Origin: Octopus sinensis
Taxonomy: Eukaryota
Length of the DNA: 64,000 bases
Assembly: GCF_006345805.1 (NCBI RefSeq)
Contig: NC_043008.1
Location: 54,994,001 to 55,058,000 of the forward strand
Direction: 5' to 3'
Shown: in pieces, positions 52,950 through 64,000 of the stretch
Layout: the number at the start of each line of letters is the position of its first letter
How positions within the stretch are numbered: the stretch's first letter is position 1
Notes under the pieces: generated by a model
The model's input: the letters and a program-made list of their open reading frames with translations, nothing else
What the model was told of the DNA's origin: nothing
Databases searched by the model: none
Translations under genes and position numbers: made by a program

Positions 52950-53008
52950 TCACTATCCTGGGCTGATGACGGGTTAAGACCCAGAAACATGCATGTCCTC
53001 AGGTGTGA
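52950..53008 (+). ncRNA. Type I hammerhead ribozyme motif with extended stem I
   Basis: Stem I CCTGGG/CTCAGG (one G-U) plus distal TCAC/GTGA; CTGATGA 52963-69; stem II C-GGGT-TAAG-ACCC-A; GAAA 52984-87; palindromic stem III ACATGCATGT; GUC cleavage after 52997. Confidence 0.8.
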
Positions 53009-54015
53009 ATTTTGGCTGGTGGGGGTGCTTGCCTCCCTTTCACAAATTTAAAGAAAACAGGAAATGTGTCGGAGCTGACAAGATTCGTTGATGCTTCTTA
53101 GGGCTAAACAGCAGTGGTGTAATTCCCATACGGAACTGTCACGTTATGTTGACAGTATACAACCACTCTTTACTTTCCTTTTGTCTTTAATCCCCTCTCT
53201 CTGCCCTTTTTATCCTTCACTTGAATTCCTTAGGAAATAGCTTCCTTTCAGCGTTACTACTAACAAATCGTATCTTAAAGACGTAGTTTAGGCAGAATGC
53301 CTTATATATTGACGACTTTCATTCTTTATCTTGCCTTAATTCTGTCGTATTATCAGTCAAAAGCCTTCCTGAGTATATATAAAATAGTATCTGCGTCATA
53401 TTTGTTTCCGATACTGTCCTGCTTTTTCGTTTTATATAGAAAACACTGATTTAATTAGTTTGATAAGTGCCTCTGCACGAAACTCTCGAACCTTCAGTCA
53501 CTGTGTAACTTTCGCCGATCAATAAATTGAGTCTGACTCAACATGAGTTCTATTTTTCATGTTTGAACCACTACGCCTCTGTTGAGAACCCAATAAAGTT
53601 CGAAAATCGATTAAGGTTGTTCATCTTTTTTTCAATCTATGGAGAAATGGCTAAATTGGTGCTACTTAAGAAGAGTGGTCCCGGTGCGTGCACTCGTGCA
53701 TCCGCGCTAGCTAGTCGTGACTAGTCGATCCTACAACGACTGCCTAGCAAAGTAAAAATAAAACACAAAATAAATAATTTTTTTACACAAAGTAAATAAT
53801 TTTCTTAAAACAAAGTAAATAAAACACAGAAACACAAAGTGGATCTTTTCGGAGATCTTTTCCTTTTGAACGGCACATGTCAACACAATTTCTAGTTAAC
53901 TAAACACTTTTAAACTTTGTATACTGGTAGAATGTGTTTATAAAACATCATTTTTTCTTGGCTTTATTGAGAAAATTCTATATGTTGTAACATATTTCCA
54001 CTTTAATTTCAAGCA

Positions 54016-54847
54016 TTTCGGCAATTTTAACCAATCGCTGGCCTCCATTTAGGTAAACATCATTCTGTGCTGTATGAATATGTCCCTCGTTTAAGAAACA
54101 GATTGGGTTTATTTACATTTGCAAAGAAAAAAAGATACCCTTTCCCCACCCCTAACCCTAACCCTAACTCAACCTATGTTTAACCCTTTACCTTTTAAAC
54201 AGACTATATCTGGTCGAAATATTCTACCTGCTTTATATTCAAACAAGCTAGTTCTGGCCTCTTACACCAATCCTACAATGTCATTCTAAAAATAAACAAA
54301 CACCTCGCCGAAATCTTGAAGCTAAGAGATAACGTATGATTAATTCAAAACAATATTAACCAAAAACATTGCATTTGACAGAGTAACCTGAAACCTGAAT
54401 GCTAAAGGGTTAACATTATGCACATATTTTATTTATATCTTACTGGTAGTGTTACTAAGTGAAATATGAGCAGGCCAGAGTTACTTGATTTGAATGAGAT
54501 TTCCATTCGTGTGACGCTGCTTTTATTATATTCAGGGCAGAACACATCAATTTTCATCCAGTCGGACCAGTTTTCAAGGTGCCACTTACTGTCTGCTAGT
54601 GCCAAATACTCAGGTGACTGGATTGATGCCATCCCTGTGGCTAACGTTTTATTATATTCAGGGTAGAACACATCAATTTTCATCTATTTTAGGGTTAGGG
54701 TTAGTATTAGGGGTGGAGAGAAGGTTGTCTTTTTTTCTTCACAAATGTAAATAAACCCAATCTGTTTCTTAAACAAGGGACATATTCATACGGCATAGAA
54801 TGCTTTTTAACTCAATAGACGTCACTGATTGGTTGAAATTGCAGAAA
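54016..54847. mobile_element. Inverted-repeat element with ~160-bp arms ending inward in telomere-type repeats
   Basis: Left arm 54016-54172 ends in (CCCTAA)n; right arm 54688-54847 starts with (TTAGGG)n; arms roughly 80% identical by eye. Confidence 0.75.
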
Positions 54848-55189
54848 CTGAACTAAAAAAAAAAAACACATCAATTGGTGCTATTTAGACATGTCATTGT
54901 ATTTAACAAGTTCTATATCTGGAAACAGAGTTTCCAATTCAGGTTGTTTGCTGATAATTCTGTTTTTAGATTCTTTTAATTTTGCACTCCTTTGCTGGTT
55001 TTGTCGGTGCTGTTGTTGTGACGCAAATCAGTCCTAATTGGGCAAATTTAAGATTTAAAACCTTTCTAGTTGTCATTGTTGTTGTTGTGGTTATTATTAT
55101 TGTTGTAAAGGTGGCGAACTGACAGAATTGTTAGCACACCAGACGAAATGCTTAGCAGTATTTTGCCCATCACTACATTCTGAGTGTGA

Positions 55190-57620
55190 AGGCACATGGC
55201 TTAGTGGTTTACTGTTATATTTGTGACTCTACAATTTGTTGAGTATATATAGAGTTTATAGAGCGGTTTAAAATTCTTGGCATGCAAATTAGGGACTCCA
55301 GCATATAATTAACTGGTGTTTTTGTTGAGTATATATAGAGTTTATAGAGTGGTTAAAAATTTTCGATATGCAAATTAGGGACTCCAGCATAGAATTAACT
55401 GCTGTATTTTTTGAGTTTATAGAGTGGTTAAAAATTCTCGGTATGCCAATTAGCGACTCCAGCATAGAATTAACTGTTATATTTGTTGAGTATATATAGA
55501 GTTTATAGAGCGGTTTAAAAATTTTGGTATGCAAATTAGGGACTCCAGCATATAATTAACTGGTGTTTTTGTTGAGTATATATAGAGTTTCTACATTGGT
55601 TAAAAATTCTCGATACACAAATTAGAGACTCCAGCATAGAATTAACTGCTGTATTTTGTGAGTTTATATAGAGTATATAGAGTGGTTAAAAACTTTCGGT
55701 ATACAAATCAGCGACTTGTTATATTTGTTATATTTTTTGAGTATATATAGAGTTTATAGAGTGGTTTAAAATTTTCGGTATGCAAATTAAGGACTCCAGC
55801 ATAGAATTACCTGGTGTATTTGTTGAGTCACAAGTTTGATTCTCGGCAGCATGTTGTGACCTTGAGCAAGACACTTTATTTCACATTGCTCCAGTCCATT
55901 CAGCTGGCAAAAATGAGTATTAGCTGTATTTCAAGGGGCCAGCCTTGTCACACACTGTGTCACGTTGAATCTCTCTGAGAAGTATGTGAAGGAGTATATG
56001 TGTCTGTAGAGTGCTCAGCCACTTGCACGTTAATCTCATGAGCAAGCTGTTCTGTTCATCGGATCAAATGGAACCCTTGTCATTGTAAGCAGAGTGCCAG
56101 TACATGCTGAGTTCAAATTAAGCCAGGGTCGGTTTTGCCTTTCATCCTTTCAGGGTCAACAAATTAAGTACCAGTGAAACACTGGGGTCAATGTAATTGA
56201 AAAAAATAAAAAGGAAAGAACAAAAAACGAGAAAGAAAAAATTAGGGTCTCCTTCATAGAATAACTGCTGTATTTGTTGAGTATATATAGAGTTTATAGA
56301 TCGGTTTAACATTTTCAGAATGCAAATTAGGGTCTCCTTCATAGAATAACTGCTGTATTTGTTGAGTATATATAGAGTTTATAGATCGGTTTAACATTTT
56401 CAGAATGCAAATTAGGGTCTCCTTCATAGAATAACTGCTGTATTTGTTGAGTATATATAGAGTTTATAGATCGGTTTAACATTTTCAGAATGCAAATTAG
56501 GGTCTCCTTCATAGAATAACTGCTGTATTTGTTGAGTATATATAGAGTTTATAGATCGGTTTAACATTTTCAGAATGCAAATTAGGGTCTCCTTCATAGA
56601 ATAACTGCTGTATTTGTTAAGTATAAATAGAGTTTATAGAGCAGTTAAAAATGTTCAGTATGCAAATTAGGAAAAAAAAACCAAAACAATTCACCACCTT
56701 GGGTTGAAAAGTTGAGGGCACTGGGAAACCTCTCTAATGGCTATTGAGGCACACCAGAACACTTGCAGCGTTGGTGTGGGTGATAGTGAGGCTGATGCAC
56801 TGGAACAACCAAGCGCCCTCAAGAGCCTCACCAGTTCCCTCTGCAAGGTGAATTGCCAGTGAAGAGAAGAATCTTGCAGTTAGTGGTCCGACACCACCAA
56901 ACATCTCAAACACCACAGGATGGACAATGTCGTTGGCTAACAGACCATGGTATTTAAGGATTTTGTTCTGCTCAGCTGCAGAAGCTGTGGATCTTGCCCT
57001 GACTGCAGCATCCAGGATGTGAGAAGAAGCAAGAGTCACTAACTGGGACATCCTAGACAAGATATCTGCCTTGTGACCAAGGGCACAGGGTGAGGCAGTC
57101 AGGTCTCTTCCTATCACATCTGGACAATCCAGATGGTTCCAAGATAGAAGGGATATTTGCCTGAGCCAAGCTCTTCTTGAATATTAGGTTCAACTCCATA
57201 TGATGCGAGAAGCAACCAGCTTTCAGGCACCAAGAAAGGCCATGGAGGATTGTGGAGTCAAGGAGCCTGCCACAGTAACAGATCAACCCCGTGCATATGT
57301 CAGCTCCCACTCTGAGGGCAATGGAGACATGAAGTTCGTCCAAGCTGAGAAGGCCACCAACATTAGCCACAGGGATGGCATCAATCATTGATGCTGGAGT
57401 CGCTAATTTGCATACCAAAATTTTAAACTGCTCTATAAACTCTATATATACTCAACAAAAACAAAAGTTAATTCAATGCTGGAATCCCTAATTTGCATAC
57501 CGAAAAATTTTAACTGCTCTATAAACTCTATATATACTCAACAAATTCACCAGTTACTTCTATGCTGGAGTCCCTAATTTTCATACGGAATATATATTTA
57601 ACTGCTCTATATATATATAT
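55190..57620. repeat. ~85-bp satellite array (diverged 55190-55830; four identical copies 56241-56580; inverted copies 57395-57620)
   Basis: ATTAGGGTCT at 56241, 56326, 56411, 56496, 56581. Confidence 0.92.
56734..57393 (-). mobile_element. CRE/NeSL-type (restriction-like endonuclease) non-LTR retrotransposon, C-terminal relic
   Basis: IDAIP...GLLS...IALRVG..IC...CYCG...DS..LHGLSWC (CCHC-like), H.ELN, KRPD.LTL.PW..GR.LV(W)D, K..KY, HPVVFE.FG: zinc knuckle plus PD-(D/E)xK RLE layout. Confidence 0.8.
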
Positions 57621-57754
57621 ACTGAACAAATCCATCCATCCGTCCGTCCGTCCATCCGTCCGTCCGTCCGTCCGTCCGTCCTTCCCTCCGTCCATCCATC
57701 CATCCATCCATCCATCATTCCATCCCTCCCTCCATCCATCCATATATTACTTGA

Positions 57755-59300
57755 TATTCATAATCCAGAAATTGGCACCACTGGGTGAACATAGGTAGGA
57801 TCAGTGATCCACAGCTTTTCATTATTAGGTAAAAATAACTAGGATCAATTATTCAGAGGATAGCACGCTTAGGTAAGTGTACCTGGCTTCAATAATTCAT
57901 GGCTTGGCTGTATTAGGTGAACATGCATGCAATAAATAATTCAGAGTTTCACAGGATCAATTCAACACACTTGGAATCAATAATTTATAGCTTGGAATTA
58001 TTATTAAATAGACAATACTCGGTAGCAATAATCCACACCCTGTCACTATGATGCGATCATTCTTGAGATCAATAACCCAGAACTTGACACTATTAGGTGA
58101 CATTTACCTTGGATCAATAATTTGGAACTTGGTACTTATTACTAGACAATAACTGGAATCAATAATTCAGACCTTGACATCATTAGGCGATTGCATTTGG
58201 GATCAATAATCCCAAACTTTTCACTAGTAGGTTTATCATACCTAGGATCAATAATACACACCTTGACACTCTTATGTTACCATGCTTGAAATCAATAGTC
58301 AGAGCTTTGCACTATCTTGTGACCATATATGGGATCAGTTATCCAGAGCCTGACAATATTAGGTGACAATACTTAGAATCCATAATCCAGAATTTCACAA
58401 TTTAGGCCTTTCATATCTGGGATCAATAATCTAAAGTTTGGCTCTGTTAGCTGACCATTCTTGAGCTCAATAATCCATAACTTGGAACTGTTAGGTAAAC
58501 ATTGCTAGGATCAATAATTTAGAATTGGTAATATTAGGTGACAATAGTCAAGATCAATAATGCAGAATTTTACACAATGAGGTCAATCATATCAGAAATC
58601 AATAATCAAATGTTTTATGTTATTATATATCTCCAGAATTTGGCAGTATCAGGTGGCCCTATGTGGTATAATGAATCACAGTATATCCTTAATCAGTTAT
58701 TCAGAGCTGGACACTATTAGGTTACTGTACCTGGGATCTATAATCCAGAGTTGTTTTTTTTAAGCTAATCACACCTGAAAGTGTATAATACAGTGTTTGG
58801 TACTATTAGTAGGCATTATTAGAATCAATAATCTAGAGCCTAGCTCTATTAGCTGACAATACCTGAGGTAATCCAGAGCTTGGCACTGCTTGGTAATTGA
58901 TATCTTGGTTCAATAACCCAGAGTTTGGTACTGTCAGGTGATCATACTTAGGATCAATATTCCACGGCTTGTCATTATTAGTTATCAATACCTGAGATCA
59001 GTAATTTAAAGCTTGGAAAATTAGCTAACCATACCTGGCATCTATAACCCAGAGGTTGACTCTGTTAGACGATTATATTTGATATCAAAAATCTAGAGTT
59101 TGACACTATTAGCTGGCCTTACCTAGGATCAATAATCCAGAATTGACAGTGTTAGCTGACCATACTTAGGAGCAATAATCCAGAGTTTGGCAGAACCATA
59201 CATGGGACCAATAATCTAGAACTTAACGCAATTTGGTGAACACTGGGACCAATAATTCAGCAATCATCCTTGGATAATTGCCTAAAATTATTTCCAGAAT
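57755..59300. repeat. Old degenerate ~41-bp minisatellite
   Basis: Recurring GGATCAATAATCCAGA.CTTG.CACTATTAGGTGAC.ATAC consensus over ~1.5 kb. Confidence 0.85.
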
Positions 59301-59689
59301 GGTTGATGTTAGGAAGGGCATTCAGCCATAAAAACCCTGCCAAAACACACACAAGTCTTGTGCAGCTCCTGCCTGGCCAGCTCCTGTCAAACTGACCAAC
59401 CCATGCCAGCATGAAAAACAGACATTAGGCAATAATGATAACTTTAGGCGATCATCCAAGAATGGTCATCCAGACCTTGGTACTATTGGATGACCCAACT
59501 TGGGATCATTAACTTAGACAACTCTAGTTGCAGGAGTGGCTGTGTGGTAAGTAGCTTGCTAACCAGCCACATGGTTCCGGGTTCAGTCCCACTGCGTGGC
59601 ATCTTGGGCAAGTGTCTTCTGCTATAGCCCCGGGCCGACCAATGTCTTGTGAGTGGATTTGGTAGACGGAAACTGAAAGAAGCTTGTCG

Positions 59690-59722
<33 letters not shown>

Positions 59723-60204
59723 ATATTATGTATGTGTGTTTGTGTGTCTCTGTTTGTCTCCCTAGCTTTACTTGACAACTGATGCTGGTGTGTTTACGTC
59801 CCTGTCACTTAGCGGTTCGGCAAAAGAGACTGATCGAATAAGTACTGGGCTTACAAAGAATAAGTCCCAGGGTCGATTTGCTCGACTAAAGGTGGTGCTC
59901 CAGAAAGGCCGCAGTCAAATGACTGAAACAAGTAAAAGAGTAAAAGAGTACTCAGAATAAATCTCTTCTATAAAGAAAGCATAACTATATTTGCTTCTTT
60001 CTAAATATGCAGAGGAACTGTTATGCCAGCCATCTGCAAATTTTTACTTTTTTTTTTTTTTTGCACTCATTACAATGTATCACTATTCTTTACACTTCAC
60101 AAGTTTTGCGCATATTTTGATGCTAGAATTACAATCACTCTGTATGACATTGTTGTTGTCGTTTAACGTCCATTTTTCATTCTGGTATGGGTTGAATGAT
60201 TTCT

Positions 60205-60721
60205 AGGGTGGCGAGCTGGCAGAAACGTTAGCACGCCGGGTGAAATGCGTAGCCGTATTTCGTCTGTAGTTACATTGTGAGTTCAAATTCTGCCGAGGTC
60301 GACTTTGCCTTTCATCCTTTCGGGATCGATAAATAAAGTACCAGTTATGCACTGGGGTCGATGTAATCGACTTAATCCGTTTGTTTGTCCCCTCTATGTT
60401 TAGCCCCTTGTGGGTAATAAAGAAATAAATAATTCAAGTAATGCTATATATTCAAAATTAACCATACATGCTGGTTTTGTTGTCATTGTCACTTATTTTT
60501 TTGTATTTTGATACTACTTTCCTTCAGAAGTTAGGGGTCATAAACTCCCTAGGGAATTTTATGCCAGCTTCATCACTTTTATTTATTTAATTATTTTTTG
60601 TTTTGAAACGAGATAAATAAAGTACCAGTTATGCACTGGGGTCGATGTAATCGACTTAATCCGTTTGTCTGTCCTTGTTTGTCCCCTCTATGTTTAGCCC
60701 CTTGTGGGTAATAAAGAAATA
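60205..60721 (+). mobile_element. Composite SINE A + 185-bp captured flank + SINE A 3' half
   Basis: 60428-60612 is an inverted copy of ~50656-50850; GGTATGGGTTGAA on both sides of the composite. Confidence 0.85.
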
Positions 60722-61428
60722 GGTATGGGTTGAAAGATTTGACAGGAGCTGGCAAGTAGGAAGATGTCTGCTTTGGTTTGGTTTCTATGGCTGGATGCTC
60801 TTGCTAATGCCACCCCCTCTCTTGCAAGTAGTATTGAGATCTTAAAGGCGCTGGTGGCATAAAAAATGCACTCATAAACACTGCAAAGTAGTTGCTATTA
60901 GGAAGGGCATCTGACCGTAGAAACTGTGCAAAAGCAGACACTGGAACATGGTGCAATCCTCGGACTCATTGGATCCTTTTAAACCATCCAACTCATGACA
61001 GTATGGAGTATGGAACATGATCTTTAAATGATGATGATGAGGTGGTTGGTGTTAGGAAGGGCATCCAGCTGTAAAAACCTTGCCAAATCAGATAGTGAAG
61101 TCTTATGCTTAGTCATCCAATCCATGCCAGTATAGAAACAGAGGTTAAATGATGATGATGATGATATACATACACACACACACATACACACACACACACA
61201 TATACTCTTTTACTCTTTTACTTGTTTCAGTCATTTGACTGTGGCCATACGGGAGCACTGCCTTTAGTCGAGCAAATTGACTCTAAGATTTATTCTTTCG
61301 AAGCCTAGTACTTATTCTATCAGTTTCTTTTGTTGAACCGCTAACTTACGGGGACGTAAACACACCGGCATCAGTTGTCAAGCAATGTTGGTGGGGACAA
61401 ACACAGACACACAAACATATATATATAT

Positions 61429-61473
<45 letters not shown>

Positions 61474-61659
61474 ATATACATATATATACACATATATACA
61501 ACGGGCTTCTTTCAGTTTCTGTCTACCAAATCCACTCACAAGGCTTTGGTCGGCCCGAGGCTATAGTAGAAGACACTTGCCCAAGGTGCCATGTAGTGGG
61601 ACTGAACCCAGAACCATGTGGTTGATAAGCAAGCTACTTACCACACAGCTACTCCTCTG

Positions 61660-61800
<141 letters not shown>

Positions 61801-62189
61801 TACACAGGCTTCTTTCAGTTTCTGTCTACCAAATCCACTCACAAGGCATTGGTCGGCCCGGGGCTATAGCAGAAGACACTTGCCCAAGATCCCACGCAGT
61901 GGGACTGAACCTGGAACCATGTGGTTGGTTAGCAAGCTACTTACCACACAGCCACTCCTGAATATTATAAAATCTTATATTTATTTTGTAAACAAATAAT
62001 ACAATATTACATAAGCTGATCAATTGTTTACTGCAGTGCATAAGGCGAAATTACTGAAATTGCGCTATCGTTTCTTTCTTTTCTGGAAACTCGCCGCATA
62101 CCAGCAGCTGATGGCTCACGGACCAGCACTGGTCTGTAGACCACCACTTTGAGTAGCACTGTTCTAGAGTACAGTAATGCACCCGGTAT

Positions 62190-62750
62190 CTTAGTCCTTA
62201 GTTATATCCTTTGTAAGGCTCAGTGTCTTGAGATCAGCCTTCAATATTTCATTCCTATCTTCCTGGGTCTCCATCTTCCACAAGTTCCATCCACTTTAAG
62301 TGATTCATACTTCTGTATGCAACTGTCTACATCCATATGCATCACATGACCAAACGAGCGCAGTCTTCTCTCTTGCACACTGCATCGACTGTATTTTAAG
62401 GTGTATAAGGAACCCGCTTTTGTCAGAAATTAGGTTAAAAAAAAATAAGGTAGTTTCTTATACATGGATAGTATTATAATCCTTTACAAAACCTTCTTTT
62501 TTTTTCAGATTTTAAGCCCCCAAAATTAGGGGGTTCCTTATGCACAAGGGTTCTTTATACATGTTAAAATTTCGTCTGGTGCTCTGTCACACATGTATAC
62601 TGACATTGCACATCCAGCAGAGCATACTCACTTCATTCCTCTCTAGTTTTCATATGTCTTCTGCATTCAGGGTCCATGTCTCACTACCATGTCTACATGT
62701 AGCATTGCTGTTTTTATACATACATCATACAATCTTCCTTTCACTCAGAG
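62190..62750 (-). mobile_element. RTE-clade LINE RT C-terminal relic, interrupted
   Basis: Minus-strand fragments VKGRLYDVCIKTAML and CSVQERRLRSFGHVMHMD (RTE RLRWFGHVMR motif). Confidence 0.75.
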
Positions 62751-63329
62751 AGAGAGAAAGAGAACTTTGGTTGCCAACTGAGGTAAAAGCTTTTTGGACT
62801 TTTTCCATCCTATTTTTATTCTAGCAATTACACTTTCTGTGCATCCTCCCTCACAGCTATTTAGGTTCCCTAGGTAGGGAAAATTATCCACTACCTCTAA
62901 AGAGTCTTCGAGTATCTGTAGTTTTTATAACTCTTGTGTGTCTTTCACTTACAAACATTACCTTCTCTGATAACCTTCATATTATTACACAGCACCTGTT
63001 ATGTGTCCATATCTGACACTGGGTGTGTCATCTGGAATTCCTGCCTACGCTTTTTCTACATATTGAGCAGGGCCATTTACCTGATGATGCAAGGGTCCTG
63101 TCCGTTTTCTTGTCTACTAGAACCTTAGGCTTTGCTAAGTTAATTTTTAGGCACTTTGATTCCAGGCACTTTTTTTAGGCACTTTGATTTTAGGCACTTT
63201 GATTCCACACCTGGTATTTCTTTTCCAGTTTTGTAAAGGAAACTGCTTTAAGAGTAACATCATCAGCATATAACAGTTCCCAGGAGCAGCCAGTCTTGAA
63301 TTCAAGCTATGGCCTGAAGGACAAAGATG

Positions 63330-63560
63330 AATAGGAGGAGATTGAGAACCAAACCCTCATGAATGCCTACCTCTACACTAAATTCACCACTATACTCAAA
63401 GTTAACTTTCACCTCATTGACATCACCTCTATACATGGCTTCCTCAGAGCCTACCATATCATACAGGGGGGTTCTTTATCAAAAGCTTTCTCTAAGTCAA
63501 CAAATGCCAAGTACAATAGTTTATTCTTTGTCAAATACTTCTTCTACAGTTATCTGACTA
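63330..63560 (+). mobile_element. Possible Penelope RT thumb-region relic
   Basis: MNAY..TKFT..VNF..IDITSI.G and, in a shifted frame, LYQK resemble PLE IKFT..INFLD..G.L.T.LY.KPT; heavily decayed. Confidence 0.35.
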
Positions 63561-63576
63561 TAATAAATACCATATA

Positions 63577-63646
<70 letters not shown>

Positions 63647-63824
63647 TAGTAGAATGAATTGTCTTGTTATGGATAATTCGGTTAACCGATACCTGGGTAG
63701 CAAATTCACATCAGAGAAGACACGTTTGAAGTTACGTGCTTTCGTGTGGAAATTTGTATGTTTTTTTTAAAATATAAATATATGAAAGAATGAAGTTGAA
63801 CGACCAATTAACAAAATTCCTTTA

Positions 63825-63907
63825 TTTTCGACATATGTTTCGAAGGCTGCATATTCCTAATTGCAAAGGAATAAGGAGTATATAATGCCGCTTTCTCATC
63901 AGGAAAA
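63825..63907 (-). ncRNA. Type I hammerhead ribozyme motif inside a fold-back element (arms 63777-63816/63946-63986)
   Basis: Minus strand: stem I TTTTC/GAAAA; CTGATGA; long stem II closed by G10.1-C11.1; GAAA; palindromic stem III ACATATGT; GUC cleavage (C17 = 63830). Confidence 0.82.
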
Positions 63908-64000
63908 GCAAGGAACTTTTGTCAACATTAAGATGCACAAAAAACTTTTGTTAATTCGTCGTTCAACTCCATTCTTTCATATATTTATATATATATATAT

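Overview
AT-rich, microsatellite-laden eukaryotic genomic DNA. The tRNA-derived SINE families and (CATA)n/(TA)n/(GATA)n blocks suggest a cephalopod, most likely Octopus (inference). Most ORFs in the supplied track are microsatellite or SINE artefacts. Two host coding signals are supported. One is an intact, intronless AIG1/ADTRP (FAR-17a) family gene at 33179-33880 (+) with both catalytic residues. The other is an exon at ~18006-18487 (+) encoding the second half of a divergent linker-histone H1 winged-helix domain plus tail. The rest is a transposon graveyard: at least five SINE families, relics of Penelope RT, CR1, RTE, CRE-like RLE, Tigger and Chapaev-like elements, a Helitron-type element, a hAT MITE, satellites and many fold-back elements. 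The most notable hidden signal is a dispersed set of type I hammerhead ribozyme motifs. Five have an intact catalytic core (12411+, 36909 on both strands, 37432-, 52950+, 63825-) and several are decayed. They sit in (TA)n-flanked fold-back or direct-repeat elements, and one forms a perfect 118-bp palindrome that encodes a hammerhead on each strand. Other oddities: a hAT MITE carrying a 28S rRNA fragment and a decayed hammerhead, locally templated insertions, and a SINE carrying flank copied from a locus 10 kb away. All structure and homology calls were made by eye and need computational confirmation.
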